A stretch of DNA of 63,237 nucleotides, counting the filler, from Rhabdomonas costata (lineage: Eukaryota), in NCBI GenBank assembly GCA_019059605.1. It is 46 parts of 46 records of this genome, joined end to end, with 100 filler letters (N's around TTAATTAATTAA, not from the genome) between each part and the next. Parts side by side here need not be neighbours in the genome. Positions count along the whole stretch, not along the records: positions 61,971 to 63,237 come from JAHMHO010020960.1; 45 more parts are not named here. One strand, given 5' to 3'. Positions 62,342 to 63,237 of this stretch are shown one piece after another. Numbering within the stretch: position 1 is the first letter of the stretch; each line of letters opens with the position of its first letter. The notes below the pieces were generated by a model that was given only the letters and a program-made list of their open reading frames with translations, was not told where the DNA came from and did not search any database. The position numbers and the translations under genes are program-made.

Positions 62342-63237
62342 CTGAGCCGAAGTGCGCCCAAGTGCGGTGTAAAAACAACGGCAGCGATGGTGCCATTGTG
62401 CCCACAGCACTCTCTTTTCGGGTTGCCGCGAAGACAAGAAGGAATACAAACTCACAAACCCGAAAGCAAAAGCAAAGCACCTTCGACCGGTCGACAACCT
62501 TCGACGCAGATGTACTCGAGGCATCCACCACCACACGCAAGCAAATGAACAAAACACCACCAGAGCGTAGATCGGTTTTTTCCCCGTCTGAAGCCCACAC
62601 CCAAGGTGTTCGAGTATCATTCTCTGCAACGACTGTGTCTGTGTGCTTGCTTCTACAGTTGGCAGCTCAACACTTTGGTTTTACTTCCGTATTCGGTTTT
62701 GGGTTTCTCTACTCCCTTGAGAAGGGAGCGATCGACCTCCTGTGGATCAGGATGCTCAAGGGTACGCCTGGTGGGATTGGGAGAGGTGATATCTTTGGGT
62801 TGCCGATGACGCGAATAAATTTCTTTTACGTTTTTCAATTTTTAAAGCGTGACTTTTACCCACTCGGTCGTCCGTTTGTTTGAATCTCCTGCCCCCCCCC
62901 CCGGCGTTTTCGAGCTTTCATTCGGAACTCTCACTGCCCATTTTTATCACCAGTCGCCTATTTTGCACTTACAGGGTTCACGTTTCAGATTCAAACTATA
63001 AACCCAAAACCCGAAACCTTTCGAAACATCGTAATAGGACAATCTGGAGGTGTCCCTGGTTGATTCCTTTGGAATAGGGCCCCCCGCGGTTCTCTTTCGC
63101 CCCCGATCGCCCCCGCCTTCTGGCGGCATGGCGGGAGTACCGCGTTAAGGCGGGAACCCGCAACGTCGTCCTTCCGGGGTCCCTTCCGCTGGGGTTGGTA
63201 CCGAAGGCTTCCGAAGGGCCAGGCCTTGTCTCACCAA

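Noticed and set aside
1-63237. tRNA, rRNA, spliced-leader RNA genes and CRISPR arrays
   Set aside because: None recognised by eye. Isolated GTTCGA and TTTCTGAG hits lack the surrounding structure.

Overview
This is not one locus. It is a concatenation of 46 unrelated contigs of about 1.28 kb, joined by artificial N44-TTAATTAATTAA-N44 spacers, so nothing can be inferred across spacers and most six-frame ORFs are spurious. Most contigs are intron-rich eukaryotic nuclear DNA with GT-AG introns, one clear GC-AG intron, many (CA)n tracts and flagellar genes. ALAS, a CRE-like retroelement and introns with end-pairing stems suggest a euglenozoan, possibly euglenid, protist (inference). Recognisable gene fragments: mitochondrial carrier, GUF1/LepA, thioredoxin-like, ALAS, GH72-like glucanosyltransferase, ACR3, LamG protein, MAPK, ABCG, protein kinase, DNAI2, MORN, NodU-type carbamoyltransferase, SMI1/KNR4-like, ARF and a metallophosphoesterase. 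The best candidates for new biology are (1) a GIY-YIG Penelope-like element whose terminal repeat recurs, truncated and inverted, beside a (CA)n tract in another contig, (2) two AT-rich viral contigs, one PLV/virophage-like with a hairpin terminator and one encoding a fibre-repeat protein, (3) introns bracketed by long inverted repeats or lacking canonical splice sites, and (4) a strand-skewed, hairpin-dense contig. All family calls come from motif recognition by eye, with no database searches.
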